NCBI GenBank assembly: GCA_947478395.1
Contig: CANJVR010000002.1
Location: 224,001 to 288,000 of the forward strand
Direction: 5' to 3'
From: Opitutia bacterium
Lineage (GTDB): Bacteria; Verrucomicrobiota; Verrucomicrobiia; Opitutales; Opitutaceae
Length of the DNA stretch: 64,000 bases
Numbering within the stretch: the first letter of the stretch is position 1; every line of letters begins with the position of its first letter. The notes beneath the pieces were generated by a model that was not told the DNA's origin, ran no database searches, and saw only the letters and a program-made list of their open reading frames with translations. The translations under genes were made by a program, and so were the position numbers. Below, piece by piece: positions 28,552 to 38,288 of this stretch.

Positions 28552-29856
28552 ATGCCCACTGACTATTCTGCCGTGCAGGATTACCTCTTCGGCCTGAAAA
28601 CGCAGGGGCCGAAGTTTGGCATCGATCGGATGCGATTGCTGACCGCGGCGCTGGGGCATCCGGAACGCGCGGTGCCGTGCATCCATATTGCCGGCACGAA
28701 CGGAAAGGGGTCGGTCGCCGCGATGTTGCGCGGGATTTTTACCGCGGCGGATTGGCGCGTCGGACTCTATACTTCGCCGCATCTGGTTCGCCTAGGCGAG
28801 CGCGTGCAAGTGGACCGCGAGCTCCTCTCGGAGGCCGAGATCGGGGCCTACGCGATGGAATTAAAACCCGTGGCCGAGGGAATCGCCGCGGCGGGCGCGG
28901 CGGACGATCATCCCAGTTTTTTTGAATTCATGACGGCGATGGCGTTTCTCCAATTCGCGCGGAAGCAGTGCGACGTGAACCTGATCGAGGTGGGACTCGG
29001 CGGGCGACTCGACGCGACGAACGTTGTCGTGCCCGAAGTCAGTGTGATCACTTCCATCGGGCTGGATCACTGTGAAATGTTGGGCGATACGATCGAACAA
29101 ATCGCGGCGGAAAAAGCGGGAATCATCAAGGCCGGCATCCCCGTGGTGATCGGCCGCCTTCCGGTCGCGGCGGAATCTGTGATACGGGCCCACGCCGCGC
29201 GGCTGGGTGTGCGGGTGTCGAGCGTGCGGAAGGAATTTGGCGAGGCGCTGGAAAATTTTCCCCGGACAAATCTGGAAGGCGACTATCAGCGCTGGAATGC
29301 GGCGACGGCGACGTTGGTCGCTCGCGCGCTACCCGCGCGTTGGCGGCTCGACGAGGACCTGATCGCGCGCGGTCTGATGCAGACCGAGTGGCCGGGGCGT
29401 TGGCAACGAGTGCAGCTGGGGGGGCGGCGGGCGATCCTCGATGCCTCGCATAACCCGGAGGGCGCACAGGTGCTCGATGCGAATCTCACGCAGCTGGTCG
29501 CGGAAACGGGGCGCGCGCCAATCGTGATCACGGGCGTGCTCGGCGTGGCGCGCGCGCGGCCTCTGTTGGAAACGCTGTGCCGTCATGCCCGCGAGATTCA
29601 TCTCGTGGTACCCAAGCAGGCCCGCGCGAGCAGCTATGAGGAGTTGGAGTCGCTCGTGCCAGCGGCATTCTATGCGGGAGGTGGACGAGTGATTCGCGAC
29701 ACTGTGGAACGGCTTTTTCCCGGCGATGACGCGTGTGTCGCGGGCGGACCGGACGACGTGGTCGTAGTGACCGGTTCGATCTATTTGCTGGGCGAAGTCA
29801 TGGCCCGCATTGCGCCGCAACGCGGAGCAGGCGAGGGGCGCTTGCAGGATTTCTGA
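28552..29856 (+). CDS. folC: Dihydrofolate/folylpolyglutamate synthase
   Basis: HIAGTNGKGS, YTSPHL, EVGLGGRLDATN, WPGR, LDASHN, TGSIYL. Confidence 0.95.
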   Translation: MPTDYSAVQDYLFGLKTQGPKFGIDRMRLLTAALGHPERAVPCIHIAGTNGKGSVAAMLRGIFTAADWRVGLYTSPHLVRLGERVQVDRELLSEAEIGAYAMELKPVAEGIAAAGAADDHPSFFEFMTAMAFLQFARKQCDVNLIEVGLGGRLDATNVVVPEVSVITSIGLDHCEMLGDTIEQIAAEKAGIIKAGIPVVIGRLPVAAESVIRAHAARLGVRVSSVRKEFGEALENFPRTNLEGDYQRWNAATATLVARALPARWRLDEDLIARGLMQTEWPGRWQRVQLGGRRAILDASHNPEGAQVLDANLTQLVAETGRAPIVITGVLGVARARPLLETLCRHAREIHLVVPKQARASSYEELESLVPAAFYAGGGRVIRDTVERLFPGDDACVAGGPDDVVVVTGSIYLLGEVMARIAPQRGAGEGRLQDF

Positions 29857-30005
29857 GCCTAAACGCTGCCGTCCCAATCGGAGGTAATTCGGCGTGCCTG
29901 CGAGCGCCGGGGTGTGCGCGATCGGATTGGTCTAAGCCTCGAGATCGCTGCATCGTTCATGCTCATAGCTAGCACGCGTGCTTTCGCTCTTTCGCGGATT
30001 GGCAT

Positions 30006-30033
30006 TTGACGGCGGGGGAGGGCGACCTACCGT
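30006..30033 (+). promoter_or_regulatory. Putative sigma70-type promoter of the 6S-like RNA
   Basis: TTGACG (30006-30011), 16-nt spacer, TACCGT (30028-30033), 5 nt before the RNA 5' stem. Confidence 0.6.
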
Positions 30034-30038
30034 CGGCG

Positions 30039-30223
30039 ATGACACCCTGCAGTGTTCGAGGTGCTTTCAATAACTGCTCTTTGCCTTAGAATTATTACGG
30101 GAGCCGAGACCGTCGCGGAAGATGCTAGGCCGTAAATCGGAAAGCAGACGCTGCGGAGGAGGTGCCCACCTTAACCTAAAAAGGTCCTGAGCCTTTGGGC
30201 GCACGGCACAGGCGGGGTGTCAT
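30039..30223 (+). ncRNA. ssrS: 6S RNA-like non-coding RNA (185 nt)
   Basis: Manual fold gives a rod: ATGACACCCTGC pairs with GCGGGGTGTCAT, GTGTTCG/CGGCAC, GCTC/GAGC, a large central bubble with ACCT-AAAA-AGGT on the 3' side, then GGGAGCC/GGTGCCC, CCGT/GCGG, TGCT/AGCA and a CCG-TAAAT-CGG apical loop; length and GGGAGC/CCCACC/CGGCA motifs are typical of 6S. Confidence 0.85.
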
Positions 30224-30232
30224 TCTTTTTCT

Positions 30233-30577
30233 ATGAATCCAAGTTACTACCATCTGCTTCATTTGTTCTCCCTCTTCGTGCTGACGGCTCACACCTTCAT
30301 GGCGTTCGCCAACCCTGCGCCGGAAAACCGGAAGAAGACGCTGATGATCACAGGAATTGCGGGCCTGCTCGTTCTGATCAGTGGATTCGGTCTGCTGGCG
30401 AAACTTTACGCGGGGCCCATGCCCGCATGGGCGATCGTGAAACTGTTCAGTTGGCTAGGGCTTATGGCCGTAGGTGGGATGGTTTACCGCCGCCCGCACC
30501 TGCGCAGCACACTCGCCTTCGTGACGCTCTGTCTGATCTTGGTCGCGCTGGTGATGGTTTACCTGCGGCCGATTTGA
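30233..30577 (+). CDS. Small 4-TM membrane protein of unknown function
   Basis: 114 aa with four hydrophobic segments; N-terminal YHLLH, ISGFGL, W..VKL pattern reminiscent of SirB2/DUF2269/CopD-like four-helix membrane proteins. Confidence 0.75.
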   Translation: MNPSYYHLLHLFSLFVLTAHTFMAFANPAPENRKKTLMITGIAGLLVLISGFGLLAKLYAGPMPAWAIVKLFSWLGLMAVGGMVYRRPHLRSTLAFVTLCLILVALVMVYLRPI

Positions 30578-30593
30578 GCGGCATAGGGCGGAT

Positions 30594-32771
30594 ATGACTG
30601 AAACGCTCTGCGGCGTCTGGGTGGACGACGAGGGCGGAGTGCACCTCGCGGTGGCGACGCCGGAAGGCGGCCGCGCCGAGCGCAGGGGTACGCTGCGACC
30701 TTTCGCGTGGTTAAAGGCGGAACCGACGGAGGTGACCGTGGGGATAAGCGTCGAGAAACTCGCCGGCGATGCGGTTTTTGGCCGGCTCGCCCACGCAGAA
30801 ACGCTCGCGGTCTTTGAGGAATTTTTAAAAGCCACGCGGGCCGAGGGCGGCGTGGATACGATTCGCCCCTTGGAAAATCAGTTCCTCGTGCAGCAACGGG
30901 CGCGGTTGTTTCGTGAGCTCAGTTTCGGCCAAGTTCGCCGCTGTCAGCTCGACATCGAGACCGCTTCGACTGACGGCAGCTTCAGCGACGCAAGCCGGCC
31001 GGACGATCGGGTGCTGGCCGTGGGGCTGCGCTGTGGCGGGCATAACCGTCTCCTGTTGCTTGAGGCGATGAGCGACGAAGCGGAGAAAAAACTGCTAGAA
31101 GATTTCAACGCCGTACTGGCGGAGATCGATCCCGACGTCGTCGAGGGTCACAATATTTTCAAGTTTGACCTCGATTATCTCCGGCAACGCTGTCGCCGGC
31201 ACAAACTACCGTGTGCCTGGGGGCGGTTTGGCCAGAAGGCGACCTTTCGCAACAGCCGCCTGAAAGTGGCGGAGCGCTGGATCGATTTTCCACGCTGCGA
31301 TCTGCCGGGCCGCGCCGTCGTGGACACCTATCTACTCGTGCAACTTTACGATATCACGACGCGCGAACTTACGGCGTACGGATTGAAGGACGTCGCGATT
31401 TATCTGGGTATCACGGATGAGGACAGCGCAACGCGAACCTACATCGACGGCGGAAAAATTGCCGAGACGTTTGTGCGCGATCGCGCGAGGTTCTGCGCTT
31501 ATCTGGAGGACGATCTGCGGGAGACGCAGGGGCTCGCCGATCTACTGCTGCCGACGTATTTCGAACAGACCCGCACGTTTCCCATTCTGCTGCAGGACGC
31601 GACGCTTCGCGGGACGACGTCGAAGATCGATCTGCTTTTCCTCGAGGAATACTATCACGCCCGGCAGTCGTGTCCGGTGCCGCCGGAGGTAAAACCGTTT
31701 GAAGGCGGCTATACGCGGAGTTTTCAAGAAGGTGTGTTCCGCCACGTGCTCCACTTCGACGTGGCGTCGCTTTATCCCAGCCTGTTGCTTGGCATTGGAC
31801 GAAATCCAGCGACGGATGACCTTGGGATTTTCATCCCGCTGCTGAAATCGCTCCGCGAGTACCGTTTAAAATTTAAGCAACTCGCACGCACGGCGCCTAC
31901 GGCGGACGAACGCGCCGAGGCGCAGGCGCGGCAGACTAGTTTCAAAATTTTGATCAATTCGTTTTACGGTTACCTCGGTTTTTCGGGCGCTCGTTTCGGG
32001 GATGGCGAGCTCGCGGCGGAGGTTACGCGTCGCGGTCGGGAGTTGCTGCAGGCCCTGATCGACGAGTTTGCGCAGCGCGGCTGCACGATTCTGGAGGCCG
32101 ACACCGACGGTATTTATTTGTCGTCGGAAACCTATTTCGAAGATCCCGACGCGTTACTGGCGTTAGTGGCGCCAAGTCTGCCCGCGGGCATCGAACTTGA
32201 GCACGACGGACGCTACACCGCTATGTTTTGCTACAAGGCCAAGAACTATGCGCTGTATGACGGCAAGAAACTCACGCTGCGTGGGAGCGCGCTGCGTTCG
32301 CGCGGGACTGAACCGTATCTCCGGAAGCTCTCGCGACAGCTGTTTCATTTTTTAGTCGGAGCGACATCTGATTCTCCTCTGACGATGCTGGAGGATTATC
32401 GGACCCGCTTCGCTACGCGCGCGATGCCGGTGGGCGAACTCGCGAAGAGCGAGACACTCAGCATGAATCCCGATGCCTATGAGCGGTTCATCGCTGAAGG
32501 CGGAAAACCGCGGCGAGCTTCGGCTGAAGCGGCGTTGCTCTTGGTCCCGCGTCCACGCATGGGCGACCGGGTGACCTACTACGTGACTCCAAAGCAAAAA
32601 GGAAAGACGAGCGACTGGCAGCGGGCGCGGCCAGTGGAGTTATACGATGCGTCCGCTGCGCCCTACGATCCGAGTTACTATCTGGAAAAATTGGACGACT
32701 GGATCGAGCGCTACGGAAAATTTATCGGCGCGAAACCACCACCGCCGGCGCAGGGCGAGTTGTTTGGGTAA
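30594..32771 (+). CDS. polB: Family B DNA polymerase with 3'-5' proofreading domain
   Basis: ExoI DIET, ExoII GHNIFKFD, ExoIII YLEDD; polymerase motifs DVASLYPS, KILINSFYG, ADTDG, KAKNY; C-terminal QGELF clamp-binding-like motif. Confidence 0.92.
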   Translation: MTETLCGVWVDDEGGVHLAVATPEGGRAERRGTLRPFAWLKAEPTEVTVGISVEKLAGDAVFGRLAHAETLAVFEEFLKATRAEGGVDTIRPLENQFLVQQRARLFRELSFGQVRRCQLDIETASTDGSFSDASRPDDRVLAVGLRCGGHNRLLLLEAMSDEAEKKLLEDFNAVLAEIDPDVVEGHNIFKFDLDYLRQRCRRHKLPCAWGRFGQKATFRNSRLKVAERWIDFPRCDLPGRAVVDTYLLVQLYDITTRELTAYGLKDVAIYLGITDEDSATRTYIDGGKIAETFVRDRARFCAYLEDDLRETQGLADLLLPTYFEQTRTFPILLQDATLRGTTSKIDLLFLEEYYHARQSCPVPPEVKPFEGGYTRSFQEGVFRHVLHFDVASLYPSLLLGIGRNPATDDLGIFIPLLKSLREYRLKFKQLARTAPTADERAEAQARQTSFKILINSFYGYLGFSGARFGDGELAAEVTRRGRELLQALIDEFAQRGCTILEADTDGIYLSSETYFEDPDALLALVAPSLPAGIELEHDGRYTAMFCYKAKNYALYDGKKLTLRGSALRSRGTEPYLRKLSRQLFHFLVGATSDSPLTMLEDYRTRFATRAMPVGELAKSETLSMNPDAYERFIAEGGKPRRASAEAALLLVPRPRMGDRVTYYVTPKQKGKTSDWQRARPVELYDASAAPYDPSYYLEKLDDWIERYGKFIGAKPPPPAQGELFG

Positions 32772-32817
32772 GCGAATTTGTCCGGACAGCGCGAGTGCGA
32801 CGGCCGACTCCGCGCAT

Positions 32818-32846
32818 AAAAAAGGCCCGACCGAAGTCGGGCCTTT
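32818..32846. terminator. Bidirectional intrinsic terminator between polB and iorB
   Basis: AAAAAAGGCCCGAC-cgaa-GTCGGGCCTTT between convergent genes. Confidence 0.88.
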
Positions 32847-32863
32847 GTGAAAACGTAGACCGT

Positions 32864-35095
32864 TTAGCTCCAGCGCAGATCGGCGCGCGAGAACGGGAAC
32901 TGGCGCACGCGTTTGCCGGTGGCGGCAAAGATCGCGTTGGCCAGTGCCGGTGCGACCGGCGGGATCGGGGGTTCGCCCAAGCCCGTCGGGGGATTATTTG
33001 ATTTGAGGAAGTGCACCTCGATCTTCGTGGGTGCGTCCGGCATGCGGATCATCGGATAGTCGGTGAAGTTGCTCTGGACCATCCGGCCGCGCTCGATGTT
33101 CAGCTCTTGGAACATGGCCACGCCGATACCGTCGCAGATGCAGCCTTCGACTTGGTTTTCAGCGCCGCTGAGGTTTACGATTTGCGAGCCGACGTCGCAC
33201 ACACAGACGAAGCGGTCGACTTTGACCTGGCCTTCCTTCGACACGGTGACTTCGGCGACTTGGGCGATGAAGCCGCTGTGGCTGAAGTGGAATGAAATGC
33301 CTTGGCCCTGGCCCTTCGGGAATTTCTTCGGATTCCAGCCGGCTTTTTCCGCGACGAGTTTGAGCGCGCCCGTCATGCGGGCGGCGTCATAACCACCGCT
33401 GAGTTTTTGCGACAGGAGTTCGAGCCGGACCTCGAGGGGATCGCGACCGGCGGCGTGAGCGAGTTCGTCGATGAAGCTCTGCATGACGAACGAGAAACAG
33501 TTGTTGTTCGGTGCGCGCCACGGCCCCGAGGGGATGTTACACGGCATGACCGTTTGTTCCGCCTGATAGTTCGGGAGAAATTTCGCGGGGAATTGTTCGG
33601 CATCGAGCGGATGGATCGGCCGCAGGGAGAGCGCGGTGTCCGGGCCGCGACCGGCGCTCATCGTGCCGAACGTGACAAACCGGTTTTGCCAACCGACGAT
33701 TTTCCCAGCGGCATTAATGCCACCCTTGAGGAAGTGAAAGCCGCCCGGCCGGAAGTGATCGTGGCGCATGTCGTCTTCGCGGGACCACGTCAGTTTTACC
33801 GGTAAGCCGGGTACTTTGTGGGCGATCGCTGCGGCATCGAGGACGTAATCGGTACTGAGTCTCCGACCGAATCCGCCACCGCTGCGGGTGAGGTGAACCG
33901 TCACCTTTTCTTTGGCGACGCCGAATTGCGTGACGACCGCGGTTTGCGCGGCGCCTGGATTTTGGGAGGGCGCCCAAATTTCGAACGCGCCGTCCTTAAA
34001 CAAAACGGTGCAGTTCTGCGGCTCGATGCTGGCGTGGGAAATGAAGGGATAGCTGTATGCGCCCTCGATGACCTTCGTGGCTCCGGCGAACGCGGCGGTT
34101 ACGTCGCCGTCCTTATGAATGGTGGTTGTCCCGGGCTGCTTGGAGAGCTCAACGGCCTTGTTGCTGAACTCATCCCAGCTGTCGTTGGCAAATTTGCCCT
34201 CATCCCAGACTACCTTGAGCTGCTTGCGGGCGCTGAAAGCGGCCCACGTCGAGTCGGCGACAATGGCGACGCCGGACAGCAACCCCGTGAGGTTTGTGCC
34301 GCCTTCGATGATGAAGGCGTCTTTCACCCCGGGGAGGGACTTGATCGTGTCGAGATTGGCGCTGACGGCCTTGCCTGCGAAAACCGGGCATTTTTCGTAG
34401 GCGGCGTAGAGCATACCCGGCAACTTGACGTCGATCCCGAAGAGCGGCTGGCCAGAGACGATCTTTGGATTGTCGACACCGGAAATACGCGTACCGAGCA
34501 GCTTGAAGTCCTTCGGATCTTTCAACTTCACGGCGGCGGCATCGGGAACGGGCAGCGTGGCAGCCTTGGCGACGAGTTCGCCGAATTTCAGCGAGCGCTT
34601 GCTCGCGGCGTGATGGACGGCGGTGCCGGCGGCCACACATTCGCTGGCGGGCACACCCCAGGTTTGGGCGGCGGCTTCGACGAGCATGGTGCGCGCGGTG
34701 GCGCCCAGTTTGTGAAACTCAGCGTAGTTGGTCGGGGTGGAGCGGCTGCCGCCGGCGCTCTGGCCGCCGTAAGCTGCATCGAGATCGCCTTGGACAATCA
34801 CAACGTCCTTCCAGTTCACCTCGAGTTCTTCGGCGATGATCATCGGGAGCGAGGTTTTCACCCCTTGGCCGATCTCAGGCTGTTTCGAAACGATCGTGAC
34901 GACGCTCTCGGGACTGATCCGGATAAAAGCGTTGGGCTTGAATTCCATGCCCGCCGTTGGTTTCACGACTTCCGCCGCGAACGTGGTACCGGTTGAGCGT
35001 AGGTAATAACCAAGGACTAAGCCGCCGCCGGCAATGCCGGTGAATTTCAGAAAATCGCGACGGGCGACGGGACCGGAAAGGGTAGGAGTGCTCAT
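32864..35095 (-). CDS. Xanthine dehydrogenase-family molybdopterin subunit (IorB-like), Tat-exported
   Basis: Tat motif ARRDFLK; EIGQGV, AGGSRS, HASIEP, GGGFGRR, PWRAP, GLGEPP motifs. Confidence 0.9.
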   Translation of the reverse strand: MSTPTLSGPVARRDFLKFTGIAGGGLVLGYYLRSTGTTFAAEVVKPTAGMEFKPNAFIRISPESVVTIVSKQPEIGQGVKTSLPMIIAEELEVNWKDVVIVQGDLDAAYGGQSAGGSRSTPTNYAEFHKLGATARTMLVEAAAQTWGVPASECVAAGTAVHHAASKRSLKFGELVAKAATLPVPDAAAVKLKDPKDFKLLGTRISGVDNPKIVSGQPLFGIDVKLPGMLYAAYEKCPVFAGKAVSANLDTIKSLPGVKDAFIIEGGTNLTGLLSGVAIVADSTWAAFSARKQLKVVWDEGKFANDSWDEFSNKAVELSKQPGTTTIHKDGDVTAAFAGATKVIEGAYSYPFISHASIEPQNCTVLFKDGAFEIWAPSQNPGAAQTAVVTQFGVAKEKVTVHLTRSGGGFGRRLSTDYVLDAAAIAHKVPGLPVKLTWSREDDMRHDHFRPGGFHFLKGGINAAGKIVGWQNRFVTFGTMSAGRGPDTALSLRPIHPLDAEQFPAKFLPNYQAEQTVMPCNIPSGPWRAPNNNCFSFVMQSFIDELAHAAGRDPLEVRLELLSQKLSGGYDAARMTGALKLVAEKAGWNPKKFPKGQGQGISFHFSHSGFIAQVAEVTVSKEGQVKVDRFVCVCDVGSQIVNLSGAENQVEGCICDGIGVAMFQELNIERGRMVQSNFTDYPMIRMPDAPTKIEVHFLKSNNPPTGLGEPPIPPVAPALANAIFAATGKRVRQFPFSRADLRWS

Positions 35096-35583
35096 TTGGC
35101 GGCCTCCTGCTTGGGAGCTACAGCGGTCCCGATTTGCGCGGCGCGTTTGATGCCAGCGCGGATGCGGAGATAGGTCGCGCAACGGCAGAGATTATTGGCC
35201 ATCGCACCGTCGATATCTTCATCGCTCGGTTGCGGATTGTCCTTGAGGAGCGCCGCGGCGGTCATGATTTGACCGGCCTGGCAGTATCCGCACTGCGGTA
35301 CGTCGAGTTCGCACCATGCCTGTTGGAGCGGGTGGGAGTGCTTGGCATCGAGCCCTTCGATGGTGGTGATTTGTTTGCGGCCGACCGTCGAGACGGCGGT
35401 CATGCATGCGCGCATCGAGACACCATTGATGTGGATGGAACACGCCCCGCATTGACCGACGCCGCAGCCGAACTTGGTCCCGGGAAGATTTAGGTGATCA
35501 CGCAGCACCCACAGCATCGGGGTGTCGGAAGCCACGTCCACAGTGTGGGCCTGGCCATTAATTTGGAGGGTGTACTTGCTCAT
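35092..35583 (-). CDS. (2Fe-2S)-binding small subunit (IorA-like)
   Basis: [31 protein letters not shown]; 4-nt overlap with the large subunit. Confidence 0.93.
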   Translation of the reverse strand: MSKYTLQINGQAHTVDVASDTPMLWVLRDHLNLPGTKFGCGVGQCGACSIHINGVSMRACMTAVSTVGRKQITTIEGLDAKHSHPLQQAWCELDVPQCGYCQAGQIMTAAALLKDNPQPSDEDIDGAMANNLCRCATYLRIRAGIKRAAQIGTAVAPKQEAAK

Positions 35584-35682
35584 GGGTAAATAATTCGGGG
35601 CGGGGGTGAACGGTCGGTTGAACGTTGCGGGGAGAGAGAAAACAAAAGCGGGGAGAGAATTGGGGACAAATTGCGGAAACTG

Positions 35683-36216
35683 CTACCTTTTTTTAGCGCT
35701 GCTACGGTTTGTCACCCACTCGATGATTGGCGCCTCGTCTTCGCCGGCCCGCCACACGAGGTTCAGGAATTCGTGGGGCAGAATATCGTGGGCTTTAAAA
35801 AACGCCCGGTCGCCGCCGCAACCGTACATGAGCGAAGCGGGCAGCTCGCCGCGCAGCTTGGCTCGCGCCTTGGGTAGAAGGCGGGGCAGCCATTCGATGC
35901 CGCGGACCGACGCTGACTTCGCGGGCAGCGTGGCGGGATCGAGGACCGTCGTCGATGGACGGGAAAGCTGGGCGTTAATAAAATAGTCGCGCCGGACCAG
36001 TTCGATGCCGAGCGCCTGCTCAAAGTTTGGTTCACCGTGGTTCGCGAAATCTTCGATGTAGTCGAAGAGATGCTGAGCCGTGATGCCGTTGGCGGCGAGA
36101 AACGCGATGTCGGTGGGTGAGCCTAATGTGGCGGCAGTCGCTCCGCCTTGGGCATATCGGGCGGCGGCTCGGTCGTAGACCATGCGAAACGTAGCAGCGA
36201 AGGTGTAGTGTGACAT
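35683..36216 (-). CDS. DUF5069-like protein
   Basis: GIEWLPRLLPKARAKLRGELP..LMYGCGGDRAFF signature. Confidence 0.7.
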   Translation of the reverse strand: MSHYTFAATFRMVYDRAAARYAQGGATAATLGSPTDIAFLAANGITAQHLFDYIEDFANHGEPNFEQALGIELVRRDYFINAQLSRPSTTVLDPATLPAKSASVRGIEWLPRLLPKARAKLRGELPASLMYGCGGDRAFFKAHDILPHEFLNLVWRAGEDEAPIIEWVTNRSSAKKR

Positions 36217-36358
36217 GAGAGACGAGGTAATTGGGGGAAGCTAAAACCCGGATTCAAGGCACTCGGAGATGGCGTCAAGGCAAGCCGCACGGGGAAATTT
36301 TAGCCGCACCGATCTTTCATCGTACCGCAAACGCTCCAGTCCGCCTGCCCACTAGAAA

Positions 36359-36442
36359 GGCAGGGCGTGCGATCTCCAAAGCGCCGGTTGGGCGTTGCTT
36401 GTTTAGTGAGTTGATTCGCAGCGGGGGATAAACCGCCCGATC
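36359..36442. repeat. REP-like family 2, degenerate inverted pair
   Basis: GGCAGGGCGTGCGATCTCCAAAGCGCCGGTT (36359-36389) is 25/31 identical to 50869-50899; inverted partner GGGGATAAACCGCCC near 36424-36438. Confidence 0.6.
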
Positions 36443-38185
36443 TCAATTTTTGCGTTTCTTTTGGGATACTGGGGCGGACCGCGCCGTTGGCAGCGAACCA
36501 TCCGTCGCCATCTCTTTCAGTAGGCTCGTGAGATAGGGAATGAGCTGTTTCTTGCGACTCACGATGCCGGGCAGGTCGAAAATTTCGTCCTGCTCCACGT
36601 GTGCGTACGTGATGCGTTCGATGATGCCCGGTTCGCCTTTCACCAGGAGGAGAGAGTTCTGCGTGTTGATGTCAGTGACCAGCAGCGCGGCGAAGGCCAG
36701 CTTCTCGTCGTCGCGCAATTCCCGGAGTGCGGAGGCGATGGGCTTGGCGTGCTGCCAGAAATTGCCGAAGCCGAGTTCCTCAACTTGGGAGACGGCAAAG
36801 CGCAGGCCTTCCTCCTCGTAAATCTTGAAGTCGGAGCGAACGATTTTTTCCGGCGGCTGGGCGAGGATGACAGATCCCGAGTTGAATATCTCGTCCGCCA
36901 GCGTCTTGGAGTTAATGCCTGCGATCTCGGCGAGCCATTCGAGGATGATGGTGTCCTTGCGCGTCGTGGTGGGGCCTTTGAGGTGCAGCGTGTCGGAGAT
37001 AAGCCCGGACATCATGATGCCAGCGATGGAAGGCGATGGCTTTAGGCCCTCGCGACGGAAAAGATCGGCGACAATCGTACAGGTGGAGCCCACCGGCTCG
37101 TTAATAAAGAGGATGGGCTGCGCGGTGTTGAGGGAGCCGAGGCGGTGGTGATCGATGATCTCCGAAATGGTGACTTCCTCGGCCCCGGTGACCGCCTGGG
37201 TCATTTCATTGTGATCGACTAGCACGAGCCGGGTTTGCACGGGCTTGAGGAGGTCGCTTTTTGAAAGCACGCCCACGAGTTTGCCGTCGTCATCGACAAC
37301 CATTGCGGCCGGGGCGGTGAACGATGACATTTTCCGGCGCACCTCGCCGATGCGGGCGTCGGGGTGAAACGATGTGAACTCCTTCTCGATTACCCGACTG
37401 ATGGTCGAGGCCGTGCGCACGCCCCACGCGGTGGTGGCCGAGTCCCAGGGGCTGATGATGAGACTGACCCCGCTCGCCTTGGCTTGAGCGACGATGTCGT
37501 CGTCGACGGGCAGACCGCCCGAGATGATGATCACTCGCACGCCGAGTGCGATGGCGCGTTCCTGAATATCCCGCCGGTCGCCAACGATGATGAGTGACTG
37601 GGCTGGCGGGATGTTTTCGCGTTCGGAAATTTTCCAAAACGTGCGGACGTCCATCGCCCCGAGGCGGACGAAAAGTTCTTCCGTGCGGCTTTCGGCGACG
37701 AGGTGCAGCGCCGTGGCTTTCAACGCGCGTACGATGTGGGCGAGTGACGTGTGCACCTGGCGCATCAAGCGCGGTTCACTGATGCGGGGAATGAAGATCC
37801 CTCCGAGGTGCGGCAGGGAAATCGAGCCGACAACATGACGGCTTTCGTCGGTGACAGGGAGGAGCCGGATATCGTGCCGATCGATCAATTCCAGGGCCTC
37901 AGCGCACGTAGCCTGCGGGGAAACCGAGACGACGTTCGAAATCATGAAATCACGCACCCGGGGCGAGACATCGCTGACGTAAGCTGGAAGCGGCTGTTCG
38001 AAGCGTGAAAGAATCGTATCGATGCGGGCGTTGGAGTTTCCGCAGCGCGCCGCGACGTACCCGGTCTCGCCTTTGGCCGCTTTGAAAGCCGCGTAGGCAA
38101 TCGCCGAGCAGATGGCGTCGGCGTCGGGATTTTTGTGTCCGATGATGTAAGTCGTGTTGGCGGCGGGCTCGTTGACAGGCGGCAT
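36443..38185 (-). CDS. ppaC: Family II manganese-dependent inorganic pyrophosphatase with CBS/DRTGG insert
   Basis: GHKNPDADA, LVDHNE, IIDHH, EPVGSTCT, ISDT, SRKKQ motifs; central CBS and DRTGG-like (VGDRRDIQ) region. Confidence 0.93.
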   Translation of the reverse strand: MPPVNEPAANTTYIIGHKNPDADAICSAIAYAAFKAAKGETGYVAARCGNSNARIDTILSRFEQPLPAYVSDVSPRVRDFMISNVVSVSPQATCAEALELIDRHDIRLLPVTDESRHVVGSISLPHLGGIFIPRISEPRLMRQVHTSLAHIVRALKATALHLVAESRTEELFVRLGAMDVRTFWKISERENIPPAQSLIIVGDRRDIQERAIALGVRVIIISGGLPVDDDIVAQAKASGVSLIISPWDSATTAWGVRTASTISRVIEKEFTSFHPDARIGEVRRKMSSFTAPAAMVVDDDGKLVGVLSKSDLLKPVQTRLVLVDHNEMTQAVTGAEEVTISEIIDHHRLGSLNTAQPILFINEPVGSTCTIVADLFRREGLKPSPSIAGIMMSGLISDTLHLKGPTTTRKDTIILEWLAEIAGINSKTLADEIFNSGSVILAQPPEKIVRSDFKIYEEEGLRFAVSQVEELGFGNFWQHAKPIASALRELRDDEKLAFAALLVTDINTQNSLLLVKGEPGIIERITYAHVEQDEIFDLPGIVSRKKQLIPYLTSLLKEMATDGSLPTARSAPVSQKKRKN

Positions 38186-38238
38186 GGATCAGGTGTCCGG
38201 AGGTTGTGCGGACGCGGGGGGCGGGGGAAGCGGTAAAT

Positions 38239-38265
38239 AAAAAACCCGGCCGAGGGGCCGGGTTT
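38239..38265 (-). terminator. Rho-independent terminator after the pilin-like gene
   Basis: AAACCCGGCC-gagg-GGCCGGGTTT with a T-run on the - strand. Confidence 0.85.
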
Positions 38266-38288
38266 AAAATCAAGACTGATGCTGACGA

